Part shown: positions 9,869 through 19,507 of the stretch, in pieces | Position numbering within the stretch: position 1 is the first letter of the stretch | Layout of the letters: every line of letters starts with the position of its first letter | Origin: Candidatus Methylomirabilota bacterium | GTDB taxonomy: Bacteria > Methylomirabilota > Methylomirabilia > Rokubacteriales > CSP1-6 | Direction: 5' to 3' | NCBI GenBank assembly: GCA_046726415.1 | Contig: JBKPAK010000096.1 | Coordinates: 27,523-91,522, forward strand | Length of the DNA stretch: 64,000 nucleotides | Notes under the pieces: model-generated | The model's input: the letters and a program-made list of their open reading frames with translations, nothing else | Told to the model about the DNA's origin: nothing | The model's database searches: none | Translations under genes and position numbers: made by a program

Positions 9869-10462
9869 GTGCGGAAGACGCTCGACGACGCGGGACTCGA
9901 CCTGCTTTTCCGGAAGGCGCGGACGCAGAACGGCTGGCTCGACACGCCGGTGACGGATGAGCAGCTCGAGGCGATCTACGAGATCATGCGGCTCGGGCCG
10001 ACGAGCGCGAACTCGTGTCCGGCCCGGATCGTCTTTCTGAGAACGCCAGAGGCGAAGGCGCGGCTGCTGCCAGCCCTGAGCCCGGGCAACGTCGACAAGA
10101 CCAAGGCGGCGTCGGTCACCGCCCTCATCGGGTACGACCTGCGCTTCTACGAGCGGCTGCCGAAGCTCTTCCCCCACCGGCCGGAGATGAAGGACCCATT
10201 CGCCGCGAACCCGCGACTGGCCGAGACGACGGCGTTCCGCAACGGCACCCTTCAGGGGGCGTACTTCATGATCGCGGCCCGTGCGGTCGGCCTCGACGTG
10301 GGAGGCATGTCGGGCTTCGACAACGGCAAGGTCGACGCTGAGTTTTTCCCCGACGGACGCGTCAAGTCGAACTTCCTCTGTAACGTCGGCCAGGGCGATC
10401 CCTCGAAGATCCTTCCGCGCCTGCCCCGCCTCGAGTTCGACGAGGCGTGCACCCTGCTGTGA
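9869..10462 (+). CDS. Nitroreductase family, RutE-like malonic semialdehyde reductase
   Basis: GTG start after AGGAG; motifs LFRKARTQNGW, GPTSANSCPAR, FRNGTLQGAY, GGMSGFD and LPRLEFDEAC. Confidence 0.88.
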   Translation: MRKTLDDAGLDLLFRKARTQNGWLDTPVTDEQLEAIYEIMRLGPTSANSCPARIVFLRTPEAKARLLPALSPGNVDKTKAASVTALIGYDLRFYERLPKLFPHRPEMKDPFAANPRLAETTAFRNGTLQGAYFMIAARAVGLDVGGMSGFDNGKVDAEFFPDGRVKSNFLCNVGQGDPSKILPRLPRLEFDEACTLL

Positions 10463-11481
10463 TGGACCTCGGGATCTTCGACCATCTCGACCGGCGAGAA
10501 GGAGAACCGCTGGACGAGTTCTACGAGAGCCGCCTGCGCCTGCTGGCGAAATACGACGCGGCGGGATTCTCCGCCTATCACCTGGCCGAGCATCACGCCA
10601 CCCCGCTCGGACTGGCCCCGGTGCCCGGCATTTTCCTCGCCGCCGCCACTCAGCGGACCCGCCACATCCGCCTGGGGCCTTGCGTGTACTGCCTGCCGCT
10701 CTACGATCCGCTCCGGCTGATCGAGGAGATCTGCATGCTCGACCATCTCTCGCGTGGCCGCTTCGACTTTGGGGTGGGGCGGGGGATCGTCCCCTACGAG
10801 ATGGCCTACTTCAACCTGCACCACCTCGAGACCGAGGAGATCTATCGGGAGGCCCTGGAGGTCATTCTGCAGGGGCTGACCAGCGATGTTCTCGACCATC
10901 GCGGTGCGCGCTACACCTATCGGAAGGTGCCAATGATCCTCCGGCCCTTCCAGCAGCCACATCCGCCGCTCTGGTACGGCCTCGGTCACCTGGCCGGCGC
11001 GGAGTGGGCGGCGACGAACAACGTGCACGTCATCACCAATCACCCAGCCGAGGGCGCGAGACCGCTGTTCGAACGCTATCGCGAGGTTTGGCAGCGCAAG
11101 CAGGGCAGGCAGCCGATGCCCAAGCTCGGGCTTGGCCGGCACGTCGTGGTCGCACCGACCGACGCGCAGGCCGAAGCGCTGGCCCGCCCGAACTACGCCG
11201 TGTGGTATGCGAATCTCACCAAGCTGTGGCGCGACTTCGGCGCCATCCCCATCCGCTTCGCTCGCGACTTCGACGAGGCCCGCCAGCGAGGCATCGCCAT
11301 CGCGGGGACCCCGGCCCGGGTACGCGAGGAGATCGAGCACCAGGTGGCCGCCAGCGGATGCACCTACTTCGTCGTGCGGCTGATGTTCGCCAACATGACC
11401 GAGGCCGAGGCGGTGGGGTCGATCGACCTATTTACCGCCGAGGTGATGCCGCACCTGGCCGTGGTCGCTCCCCGCGCCTGA
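10462..11481 (+). CDS. LLM-class flavin-dependent oxidoreductase (luciferase-like)
   Basis: AEHH, IRLG, LDHLSRGRFDFGVGRG and QQPHPP; TGATG coupling with the upstream gene. Confidence 0.9.
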   Translation: MDLGIFDHLDRREGEPLDEFYESRLRLLAKYDAAGFSAYHLAEHHATPLGLAPVPGIFLAAATQRTRHIRLGPCVYCLPLYDPLRLIEEICMLDHLSRGRFDFGVGRGIVPYEMAYFNLHHLETEEIYREALEVILQGLTSDVLDHRGARYTYRKVPMILRPFQQPHPPLWYGLGHLAGAEWAATNNVHVITNHPAEGARPLFERYREVWQRKQGRQPMPKLGLGRHVVVAPTDAQAEALARPNYAVWYANLTKLWRDFGAIPIRFARDFDEARQRGIAIAGTPARVREEIEHQVAASGCTYFVVRLMFANMTEAEAVGSIDLFTAEVMPHLAVVAPRA

Positions 11482-11500
11482 GCTTGCGCGGGCCCCTGGA

Positions 11501-12586
11501 TCAGGCGCCCCAGACCAGGCGCGCCGTCTCGGCGACCCGCAGGAGCTTGGCGCGCTGCTCCTCTGGCGTGATGCGGTTGCCGGCCATCGTCGAGGCGAAG
11601 CCGCACTGCGGGCTCAGGGCGAGGCGCTCACGGGGCATGAAGGTCGAAGCCTGGTCGATGCGGCGGCGGAGCTCGTGGACGGACTCCAGGCGCGGCTTCT
11701 TGGTCGTCACCAGTCCGAGCACCACCATCCGGTCTTCGGGCATGGTTCGCAGAGGTTCGAACCCGCCCGAACGCTCGTCGTCGTACTCCAGGAGAAAGCG
11801 CTGGAAGTGGCTCCGGCTGAAGACGCGCGCGATGGGCCCGTAACCACCACTCGCATAGAACAGCGACTGGTTGTTGCCGCGACAGATGTGCAGCCCAAAG
11901 GTGACGCCGGGATGACCGTGGATGACCGTGTTGTCCATCTCGATGCAGGCGTCGATCAAGCGGTCGGGGTCGCTGCCGCGCTGGCGGTAGCCGTCGCGCA
12001 GGGTGGGGTCGAGGAGGGCGGCGTACTGGGGCGCGTCGATCTGGATGTAAGTGCAGCCGAGTCGGACCAGCTCGCCGACCTCCCGCCGTGTGAAGTCCAC
12101 CACGTCGGCCAGGTAGGCATCGCGCGTCGGATAGGCGCTCCGGGACCTCTCGGGATCGTAGTACGCCGCCGCCTGCTGGGTGCTGATGAGCGTCACCTTG
12201 ACCGGGCGGGTGGTGCGCGCGCGGAGGTACACGAACTCCTCCGCGCACATGCCGCGTCGCCAGCGTAGCTTCTCCACGACCACCGGCCGCTTGAAGACAA
12301 GGTTCTCGCCCTGTTCCCCGCGGAACGGGATGGCCCAGCCGCCGAACTTGTCAAATCCCTCCAGTGCCTCGACCAGATGACCGAAGAAGGCGTAGCGGCG
12401 CATCTCGCCATCGGTGACCACATCGAGGCCGGCCTCCTCCTGAAGGACCACCGCCTCGTCCACCGCGCGGTCCTCGAGGCGCTTGAACTCATCCGAGGCG
12501 AGACGGGCGGCCTCGTGGGCCTCGCGAGCCTCCACGAGGAACGGCGGGCGAAGCAGGCTTCCCACGACATCGCTGCGAATCGTCAT
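11501..12586 (-). CDS. Cobalamin-independent methionine synthase C-terminal-only family (MetE-like, YxjH type)
   Basis: VVGSLLRP, VTDGEMRR, IQIDAP, HICRGN, LEYD and LSPQCGFAS; GAGGT RBS before ATG 12586. Confidence 0.9.
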   Translation of the reverse strand: MTIRSDVVGSLLRPPFLVEAREAHEAARLASDEFKRLEDRAVDEAVVLQEEAGLDVVTDGEMRRYAFFGHLVEALEGFDKFGGWAIPFRGEQGENLVFKRPVVVEKLRWRRGMCAEEFVYLRARTTRPVKVTLISTQQAAAYYDPERSRSAYPTRDAYLADVVDFTRREVGELVRLGCTYIQIDAPQYAALLDPTLRDGYRQRGSDPDRLIDACIEMDNTVIHGHPGVTFGLHICRGNNQSLFYASGGYGPIARVFSRSHFQRFLLEYDDERSGGFEPLRTMPEDRMVVLGLVTTKKPRLESVHELRRRIDQASTFMPRERLALSPQCGFASTMAGNRITPEEQRAKLLRVAETARLVWGA

Positions 12587-12609
12587 GCGGCACCTCAAAC
12601 GAGGATGGG

Positions 12610-12719
12610 CGCGCGCGCCCTCCTCAACGAGTCGCCGGGCATAGACCCGCCCGATCCTCATCGCGCCACCGGTCACGATGGCCACTCCGCCTTGGAGCTC
12701 GTGGGCTCGGCGGGCTCAT
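12610..12719 (-). pseudogene. N-terminal remnant of an SDR oxidoreductase
   Basis: VAIVTGGAMRIGRVYARRLVEEGAR is only the first Rossmann strand/helix; it is out of frame with the ATG at 12719 and the rest of the gene is absent. Confidence 0.7.
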
Positions 12720-13772
12720 GGCTTCTTGCAGATGACGTTGAGAAGCGCCTGCCGCCGTTCCTGGCGCACGGCGCGGAGCGCGCGCCGAAGGGCCCCGGAG
12801 AGCGCGGCCGGATCGTCCACCCGCTCGCCGTAGCCGCCGCTGGCCTGGCAAATCAGCTCATAGTCCGGCGAGGGGTCCAGATCGCTCAGCGGCATCGTAT
12901 TCGTGCGCGCCGCCCAGCCCTGGGGGGCGTGCGAGCGCACCGAGCGCTTCACGGCGTGCCACGCTCGGTTGTTGAACACCACGAAGAGCACGAGAAGATC
13001 GCTGGCCCGCGACACGAAGTGGGCGGCGGTCGGGGCTCCGAAGATGTCGGCACCGTCGCCCACGGTGCAGATCACCGTCTGATCGGACGCGGCCAGTTTG
13101 GCCCCCAGTGCGGCGCCCAGACCCCAGCCGAGGCCGCTCGAGGCCGGCGCCGCGAAGTAGTGGCCGGGTCGCCGGATGCACGTCTGCGCGGTGTGGAGAT
13201 CGTATTCGTTCACGACGATGGTCTCGTCGTCGAGAACGTCGCCGATGCAGCGCGACAGCCAGAGCCACGCACGCGATGGACAGCGCGCGGTCGACCACGC
13301 TCTCGAGCTGGGCGAAGTTTCGCAGCTCGTAGTCCCACTTCACCCACTCGCGAAACATCGTCGCCTGGTCGAAGGACTCCTGGGTCCAGTGGATCTGGCG
13401 ATCGCGAGCTCCGGGCAGCGCGCCCTCGGTGAGGGGAGTGCGGCCGGCCGTCATGAGGATCGGCACGTTGGCGCGCGCCGCGTTGATGATGCTCCCCAGC
13501 GCATTCGCGCCGCCCACGATGACATGCACCATCACCGCCTGAGGCCGGCGGGTGACCATGGTACAGCCGTGGGCCATGGCGACAGCCGGCACCTCATGCG
13601 GTACCGTGATCGGGCGGGGCCGCACATGCCCTTCGGCGAAACGCTTGGCGTAGGCCTCGATGAGGGGCGCGAAGTCGGTGCCGGCGTTGGCGAAGAGGTA
13701 GTCGACGCCACGAGCGGCCAGAAGCTCGAGATACGCCTCGGCCGTGCTCTCGATGCTGATGCGCTTGGCCAT
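12716..13772 (-). pseudogene. Thiamine-pyrophosphate-dependent enzyme (acetolactate synthase/decarboxylase-like) with central deletion and frameshift
   Basis: The N-terminal PYR domain (ANAGTDF, VPHE) joins the C-terminal PP domain (GLGWG, GDG..NN) in another frame near 13270; the middle domain is missing. Confidence 0.82.
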
Positions 13773-13938
13773 GATCGGTCTCCAGGCCTGGTCATGGTCT
13801 CTCTCCAGTTGGGTTTCTCCCCAGGCCATGCCCGCACGCTCTCCGAAGTCCTGTCGTCGGGAGGTGCGAGCGCTAGCCTACCGCTGCCGGGTGATCCGGT
13901 TCAAGGATCGGGCGGCCGCCTGATGTAGAGTAAGCGGC

Positions 13939-14685
13939 GTGACGACCGGGCGGATGCGCGGAGGCTTCAATCAGTACGGCTTCACCGTGGGGATCCTCAT
14001 GCTGGACACGCGGTTCCCTCGGATCGCGGGGGACATGGGCAACGCCACGACCTTTCCATTCCCTGTGCGCTATCACCGCGTGACGGGCGCCGCCCCGGAC
14101 CTGGTGGTGCGGCGGGGCGCAGCGGCGCTGCTGCCGGCGTTCCTCGCCGGCGCCAAGGCCCTCGAGCAAGAGGGCGTGGGAGCCATCACCACCAACTGCG
14201 GTTTCCTGGCGAAGTTCCAGCGCGAGCTGAGTGCCGCGGTCGCGATTCCGGTGTTCACGTCCAGCTTGCTCCTCGTGCCGCTCGTCCATCGGATGCTGGC
14301 CCCCGGCCGGCGGGTGGGCATCATGACCGTCGACGCCTCGAGTCTGACGGCCGAGCACTTCGCCGGCGCCGGCATCGGCAGCGACATTCCCACCGCGGTG
14401 ACCGGGCTCGAGACCGAGAAGGAGTTCACGCGGGTCTTGCTCGACGATGAGCTGGTGCTGGACGTGGACCGCGCCCGGACCGAGCACATCGCGGTGGCCC
14501 GACGCCTCGTCGCCGAGTTCCCCGACGTCGGCGCGATTGTGCTCGAATGCACCAACATGCCGCCGTACACGGCCGACATCCAGCGCGAAACCGGGCTTCC
14601 GACCTTCGACATCGTGTCACTCGTGACGATGGTGCACGGAGCGCTGATGGCCAGCCTCGCGCCCCGGCCGGCTCAGCGCGTTTAA
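13939..14685 (+). CDS. Aspartate/glutamate racemase family protein
   Basis: GILMLDTRFPR, ITTNCGF and IVLECTNMPP (two-Cys racemase motifs); TAGAGT lies 7 nt upstream of the GTG. Confidence 0.87.
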   Translation: MTTGRMRGGFNQYGFTVGILMLDTRFPRIAGDMGNATTFPFPVRYHRVTGAAPDLVVRRGAAALLPAFLAGAKALEQEGVGAITTNCGFLAKFQRELSAAVAIPVFTSSLLLVPLVHRMLAPGRRVGIMTVDASSLTAEHFAGAGIGSDIPTAVTGLETEKEFTRVLLDDELVLDVDRARTEHIAVARRLVAEFPDVGAIVLECTNMPPYTADIQRETGLPTFDIVSLVTMVHGALMASLAPRPAQRV

Positions 14686-14699
14686 AGACCCGCTTCGCC

Positions 14700-15263
14700 A
14701 TGGCCACCATCGAGACCGCGCGACTCCTGCTGCGCCCCTTTGCCCGCGACGATGCCGTCGAGCATGCTCGCATCTATGCGAAGCCCGAGGTGACCCAATT
14801 CCTGGCCGGTGGTCCCTTCCTCGGCGAGGTGGCTGCCCAGCGCTCGCGCGCGGCGCTCGAGCTCTTCGTAAACCATTGGAAGGAGCATGGCTTCGGGGTG
14901 TGGGCGGTGCTCGACAAGCCAACCGGCGCGCTGATCGGACAGTGCGGGCTCAAGTACCTGCCCGATCTCCCAGACGTCGAGATCCTGTACGCCTTCGACA
15001 CGCCATACTGGGGCCAGGGGCTCGCGACCGAGGCAGGAGAGGCGGCCCTTCGCCACGGCTTTGAGGTCGCACGGCTGAAGCGCATTGTGGCCGTGGCGAA
15101 GCCGGAGCATCGCGCATCGCATCGGGTGATGGAGAAGCTCGGCATGGGCTACGAGGGCCTCGTGGAGGTGTACGGCGGGATCCACGCCGTACTCTATGCC
15201 ATCTCGCGCGAAGCGTTCCGGAGCCGCGTGACCAGGGGCTCGTCGGCGGGCGGGAAGGCGTAG
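14700..15263 (+). CDS. RimJ/RimL-type GNAT acetyltransferase
   Basis: IETARLLLRPF, IGQCGL, YWGQGLATEA and SHRVMEKLGM. Confidence 0.88.
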   Translation: MATIETARLLLRPFARDDAVEHARIYAKPEVTQFLAGGPFLGEVAAQRSRAALELFVNHWKEHGFGVWAVLDKPTGALIGQCGLKYLPDLPDVEILYAFDTPYWGQGLATEAGEAALRHGFEVARLKRIVAVAKPEHRASHRVMEKLGMGYEGLVEVYGGIHAVLYAISREAFRSRVTRGSSAGGKA

Positions 15264-15598
15264 TCGCCGAGGCGCTCGGGCGGTACCCACGCCACTTCTT
15301 GGGCCTCCCGCGGTTCAACCCTCCCCGCCTCGAGCCGGCAACGAAAGAAGTGCAAGACGACAGTTTTCTCTGGATACGCCCAATGAATGGTCTCGAGCTC
15401 CTCTCCGACGCTGAAGATCGCCGACAGCTCCTCCGCAAGTTCGCGGCGCAGGCAGGCGTCCAGACTCTCGCCTCTCTCGCGCTTGCCACCGGGGAATTCC
15501 CACAATCCTGCGAGATGTGTTCCGTGGGGGCGCCGGGTGATGAGGTAGCGGCCCGCTTCATCCTGGATCACGGCGGCGGCCACCTCGATGAGGGGCAT
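15194..15598 (-). CDS. mutT: MutT-like Nudix hydrolase
   Basis: GLWEFPGGK..GES...RELAEEL Nudix box and FPPAD; its 3' end overlaps the convergent GNAT gene by 70 bp. Confidence 0.82.
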   Translation of the reverse strand: MPLIEVAAAVIQDEAGRYLITRRPHGTHLAGLWEFPGGKRERGESLDACLRRELAEELSAIFSVGEELETIHWAYPEKTVVLHFFRCRLEAGRVEPREAQEVAWVPPERLGDYAFPPADEPLVTRLRNASREMA

Positions 15599-15605
15599 GA
15601 GTGTT

Positions 15606-16265
15606 TCACCTCAGCGGGTAGCTGACGCAGATCCGTCTGAGCGGACAGGCGCCGCACCGAGGCCGGCGCGGCGTACACCAGGTGGCGCCGAAGTCCATCA
15701 ACGCCTGGTTGAAGTCATAGCCGCGACCCCGCGGAACCAGCGCGGCGGCCAAATCCCAAAGAGGGCGGTCGCCGCGGAGGCGGGCGAGTCGTCGGGCGCC
15801 GACGAAGACCCGGCCCAGGACGCGACGCACGTTGGTGTCGAGAATCGGCTCGTCGCAGCCGTAAGCAAAGGAAAGGATGGCGGCGGCGGTATAGCGGCCC
15901 ACACCGGGGAGGCGCCGGAGTCCCAGCGCGTCGTTGGGAAGACGGCCTCGGTAGTGGGCCAGCGTCTCCCGCGCAATCGTGTGCAGCCGCACCGGCCGGA
16001 TGTTGTAACCGAGCGGATACCAGAGGCGGCACACCTCGTCGACCTGGGCCGCGGCGAGGCTCGCGAGCGTCGGAAACCGCCGGAGAAACTCGCGATACTT
16101 GGGTAGGACGCGGTCGACTTGCGTCTGCTGTAACATGATCTCCGAAACCAGGATGCGGTAGGGATGGCGCGTCCGTCGCCAGGGAAGATTCCGCCCGTGG
16201 TCGGCGTACCACGCGAGCAGCCGGCGCTGAAAGGCGCGGATCGTTCGCGGGTCGGGCGGACGCAC
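15606..16265 (-). CDS. mutY: A/G-specific adenine glycosylase, catalytic domain only
   Basis: LPWR, VSEIMLQQT, LPGVGRYTA (HhH), DTNVRR and CTPRRPRCGACPLRRIC (Fe-S); no C-terminal domain. Confidence 0.88.
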   Translation of the reverse strand: MRPPDPRTIRAFQRRLLAWYADHGRNLPWRRTRHPYRILVSEIMLQQTQVDRVLPKYREFLRRFPTLASLAAAQVDEVCRLWYPLGYNIRPVRLHTIARETLAHYRGRLPNDALGLRRLPGVGRYTAAAILSFAYGCDEPILDTNVRRVLGRVFVGARRLARLRGDRPLWDLAAALVPRGRGYDFNQALMDFGATWCTPRRPRCGACPLRRICVSYPLR

Positions 16266-16305
16266 CGGAGCGGAGTCTATCACGCCGCTCAGGTAGAATG
16301 ACGCC

Positions 16306-17376
16306 ATGTCAAACCGGCTCCCGCTTCACGACCTCCACGTGGCTGCGGGCGCGATCCTCGAAGAGCGCGACGGATGGACGCGACCGCGTTCATATGGCGA
16401 TCCCGCCGAGGAGTACGCGACCGTCCGCCGCGCCGTAGGACTGATCGATCGGGGCGATCTCGGCGCGCTGAGGGTGACTGGGCGCGATCGCGCGGCCTTC
16501 CTTCACGCGATGCTCAGCAACGACATCACGTCGCTCCCCGTCGGCCAGGGGTGTCGCGCCACGCTGCTCGACATCCACGGCAAGGTGCAGGTGATCCTGG
16601 TGATCCTGGTGGGGGAGGAAGAAATCCTGGCCCTGACACCTCCCGGCATGGCGGCCTCGACCCTGGAGATGCTCGATCGGTACCTGTTCTCGGAGAAGGC
16701 CTATTTGAAGGATGCGACGGCGGAGACGGCCACTCTCGTGGTCGCGGGCCCCGAGGCGCCGGCCACCCTGAACCGGCTCGGGGCCACGCTCCCGGCCGAC
16801 GCGATATGGTCGGAGCTGAAGACGTCCATCGACGGCGTCGAAACGCGGCTCGTCCGGGGAGGCATCGAGACCGGCGAGGTCGAATTCTGGCTCATCGCCG
16901 CCGCGGTCGACGCTCCGCGCCTCTGGCAGGAGCTGACCTCAGCGGGGGCTCGCCCAGTGGGGATCGCCGCCCACGAGTCGCTGCGCCTCGAGGCAGGGAC
17001 AGCCGTCTATGGTCGCGACATCGACGGCAGCGTGCTCTTGTCGGAGATTCCGCTCGCCGAGCTCGTCTCGTCCACCAAGGGCTGCTATATCGGCCAGGAG
17101 GTCGTGGTGAGGATTCGAGATCGCGGTCACGTGAATCGCCACCTCCGTGGTTTGCTGCTCGACGGCGACGCGGTGCCGGAGGCCGGGGCCCGGGTGCACG
17201 TCGGCGAGACGGAGGTCGGCAAGGTGACGAGCGCGGCGTGGTCGTACGGCCTCGGGCGTGCGATTGCTCTGGCTTTTGTCCGGCGTCAGCACGCCGAACC
17301 AGGAACGGCAGTGGCAGTCAGCGCTGGGGATGGCCGGGTGACGGCCACGGTGAGCGCGCTGCCCTTCGCGCGCTAG
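16306..17376 (+). CDS. ygfZ: Folate-binding YgfZ/GcvT-family protein
   Basis: KGCYIGQE signature, [10 protein letters not shown] and RLEAG. Confidence 0.85.
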   Translation: MSNRLPLHDLHVAAGAILEERDGWTRPRSYGDPAEEYATVRRAVGLIDRGDLGALRVTGRDRAAFLHAMLSNDITSLPVGQGCRATLLDIHGKVQVILVILVGEEEILALTPPGMAASTLEMLDRYLFSEKAYLKDATAETATLVVAGPEAPATLNRLGATLPADAIWSELKTSIDGVETRLVRGGIETGEVEFWLIAAAVDAPRLWQELTSAGARPVGIAAHESLRLEAGTAVYGRDIDGSVLLSEIPLAELVSSTKGCYIGQEVVVRIRDRGHVNRHLRGLLLDGDAVPEAGARVHVGETEVGKVTSAAWSYGLGRAIALAFVRRQHAEPGTAVAVSAGDGRVTATVSALPFAR

Positions 17377-17383
17377 GGCGATC

Positions 17384-19396
17384 ATGGCCTCCAACCGGCT
17401 CGCCCGCGAAACGAGTCCCTACCTCCTTCAGCACGCGCACAATCCAGTCGATTGGTATCCGTGGGGTGAGGAGGCCCTGGCCCGGGCTCGTGCCGAGGAC
17501 AAGCCGATCCTGTTGTCCGTCGGCTACTCGGCCTGCCACTGGTGCCACGTTATGGAGCACGAGTCCTTCGAGAATCCGGACATCGCCGCGGTTATGAACC
17601 GCTACTTCGTCAACGTGAAGGTCGACCGCGAGGAGCGCCCGGACGTGGACCACATCTACATGCAGGCGGTACAGTCCCTCACCGGGCGTGGCGGTTGGCC
17701 GATGACGGTGTTTCTCGCGCCGGACGGTACCCCGTTCTACGGAGGGACGTACTTTCCTCCCACCGATCGCCACGGACTGCCCGGCCTCCCGCGCCTGCTC
17801 GAGGGCATCGCCGAGGCCTGGAGGAACCGACGCGGCGAGGTGATCGAGGCGGGGCGCCGGATCTCCGAGCATCTGGGGCAGTCCGAGCGCCTGCGCGGCT
17901 CCGTGCAGCTGCTCACCGACGACGTTCTCTTCGCAGCGTTCCAGTCGCTCTCCGGACAGTTCGATGACGCCCAGGGCGGGCTCGGCGGCGCGCCCAAGTT
18001 TCCGCAGCCGATGATCTGGGACTTCGTGCTCCGAATGTGGACGCGCACAGGCAACCCGCGCGCGCGCCAGATGGTGACCACGACCCTGACCCGCATGGCC
18101 CGCGGCGGGATGTACGATCAGCTCGGTGGCGGCTTCGCGCGGTATTCCGTGGACGAGCACTGGTTGGTCCCACACTTCGAGAAGATGCTCTACGACAACG
18201 CGCAGCTCGCGTCGCTTTACCTGGCCGGATGGCTAGCCTTCGCCGACCCGGAATATCGCCGCATCACCGAGGAGACCCTCGACTACATCCTGCGAGAGAT
18301 GACGGATCCCGCGGGAGGCTTCTACTCGGCCCAGGACGCCGACTCCGAAGGGCACGAGGGCAAATTCTTCGTGTGGACGGAGGAGGAAATCCGGTCACTT
18401 CTGCCGCCGCCGGACGCGGAAGCCGCGCTGCGCTACTGGGGCGTCGACCGCGGCCCCAACTTCGAAGGCAAAAACATTCTCTTCGTGGCCGAGGAGCCGG
18501 CGCCCGAGCAAATCGCCGCCGCGCGCCGGCAACTCTTCGACGCGCGCGAACGTCGCGTGCACCCCGGGCGTGACGACAAGGTACTGGCCTCCTGGAACGG
18601 GCTGGCTTGCCGCGCGTTCGCCGAGGCGGGCCGGGCGCTGGGGCGCGCCGACTACGTGGCGGCCGCCGTGCGCAACGCCAATTTCGTGCTCACCGCGATG
18701 CGCAGTGGTGGTCGCCTGCAGCGAACCTGGAAGGGCGGAGAGGCCAAGCTCAACGGCTATCTCGAGGACCACGCCATGGTGGCGCTGGCGCTCGTCGCCG
18801 TGTACGAAGCCACCTTCGAGCGCCGCTGGCTCGACGAGGCCCGAGCGCTCGCCGACGTCATGCTGGCGCTCTTCTGGGACGATGCTATCGAAGGGTTCTA
18901 CGACACGGGAAAGGATCATGAGGCGCTCATCGTGCGACCTCGAAATCTCTACGACAATGCTGTCCCGTGCGGCAGCTCCGTGGCCATCGAGGCGCTGCTT
19001 CGCCTGGCCCTGCTCTTGGGCGAGCCACGCTACGAGGACAACGCCGTCAAGGCGCTCCGCCCCATGGCCGATCTCATGTCGCGCTACGGCGCCGGATTCG
19101 GCCGTTTCCTCGGCGCCCTCGACTTTCACCTGGGACCCGTCGTGGAGGTGGCGCTGATCGCGGCGCCCCAAGGTGGCTGGTCGCCGCTGGCCGAGGAAGT
19201 CTTCGGGCGTTACCTTCCGAACCGCGCCGTGGTCGGCGCAGTGGAAGGGGATCGGAAAACCGCGGCCGGCATTCCGTTGCTGGAAGGACGCGGAACGCTG
19301 GATGGTCGGGTCACGGGCTACGTCTGCCGTAACTACGCCTGCCAACTCCCCACCACCGAGCCAGGCGTCCTCGGGAGTCAGCTAGACGCCGGCTAG
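17384..19396 (+). CDS. Thioredoxin-domain DUF255/YyaL-like protein
   Basis: [33 protein letters not shown] and [10 protein letters not shown]. Confidence 0.92.
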   Translation: MASNRLARETSPYLLQHAHNPVDWYPWGEEALARARAEDKPILLSVGYSACHWCHVMEHESFENPDIAAVMNRYFVNVKVDREERPDVDHIYMQAVQSLTGRGGWPMTVFLAPDGTPFYGGTYFPPTDRHGLPGLPRLLEGIAEAWRNRRGEVIEAGRRISEHLGQSERLRGSVQLLTDDVLFAAFQSLSGQFDDAQGGLGGAPKFPQPMIWDFVLRMWTRTGNPRARQMVTTTLTRMARGGMYDQLGGGFARYSVDEHWLVPHFEKMLYDNAQLASLYLAGWLAFADPEYRRITEETLDYILREMTDPAGGFYSAQDADSEGHEGKFFVWTEEEIRSLLPPPDAEAALRYWGVDRGPNFEGKNILFVAEEPAPEQIAAARRQLFDARERRVHPGRDDKVLASWNGLACRAFAEAGRALGRADYVAAAVRNANFVLTAMRSGGRLQRTWKGGEAKLNGYLEDHAMVALALVAVYEATFERRWLDEARALADVMLALFWDDAIEGFYDTGKDHEALIVRPRNLYDNAVPCGSSVAIEALLRLALLLGEPRYEDNAVKALRPMADLMSRYGAGFGRFLGALDFHLGPVVEVALIAAPQGGWSPLAEEVFGRYLPNRAVVGAVEGDRKTAAGIPLLEGRGTLDGRVTGYVCRNYACQLPTTEPGVLGSQLDAG

Positions 19397-19420
19397 AATC
19401 CTCGGCGGTCAGCTAGACGC
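19368..19420. repeat. 22-bp duplication of the gene's 3' end (19368-19389 / 19399-19420)
   Basis: TCCTCGGGAGTCAGCTAGACGC versus TCCTCGGCGGTCAGCTAGACGC, 20/22 identical. Confidence 0.8.
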
Positions 19421-19507
19421 GAGCGAGGATCGTGGGGCGCCAGGGGGGGTTGGAGACCTGAGCTGGGCCCCAATCTCGATGGCCGCGCCGCCGTCGACGC
19501 GGGGTGG

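Noticed and set aside
12587-12685. N-terminal extension of the MetE-like ORF suggesting an SDR-MetE fusion
   Set aside because: The MetE-like gene has its own RBS and ATG at 12586; the extension is a deletion remnant.
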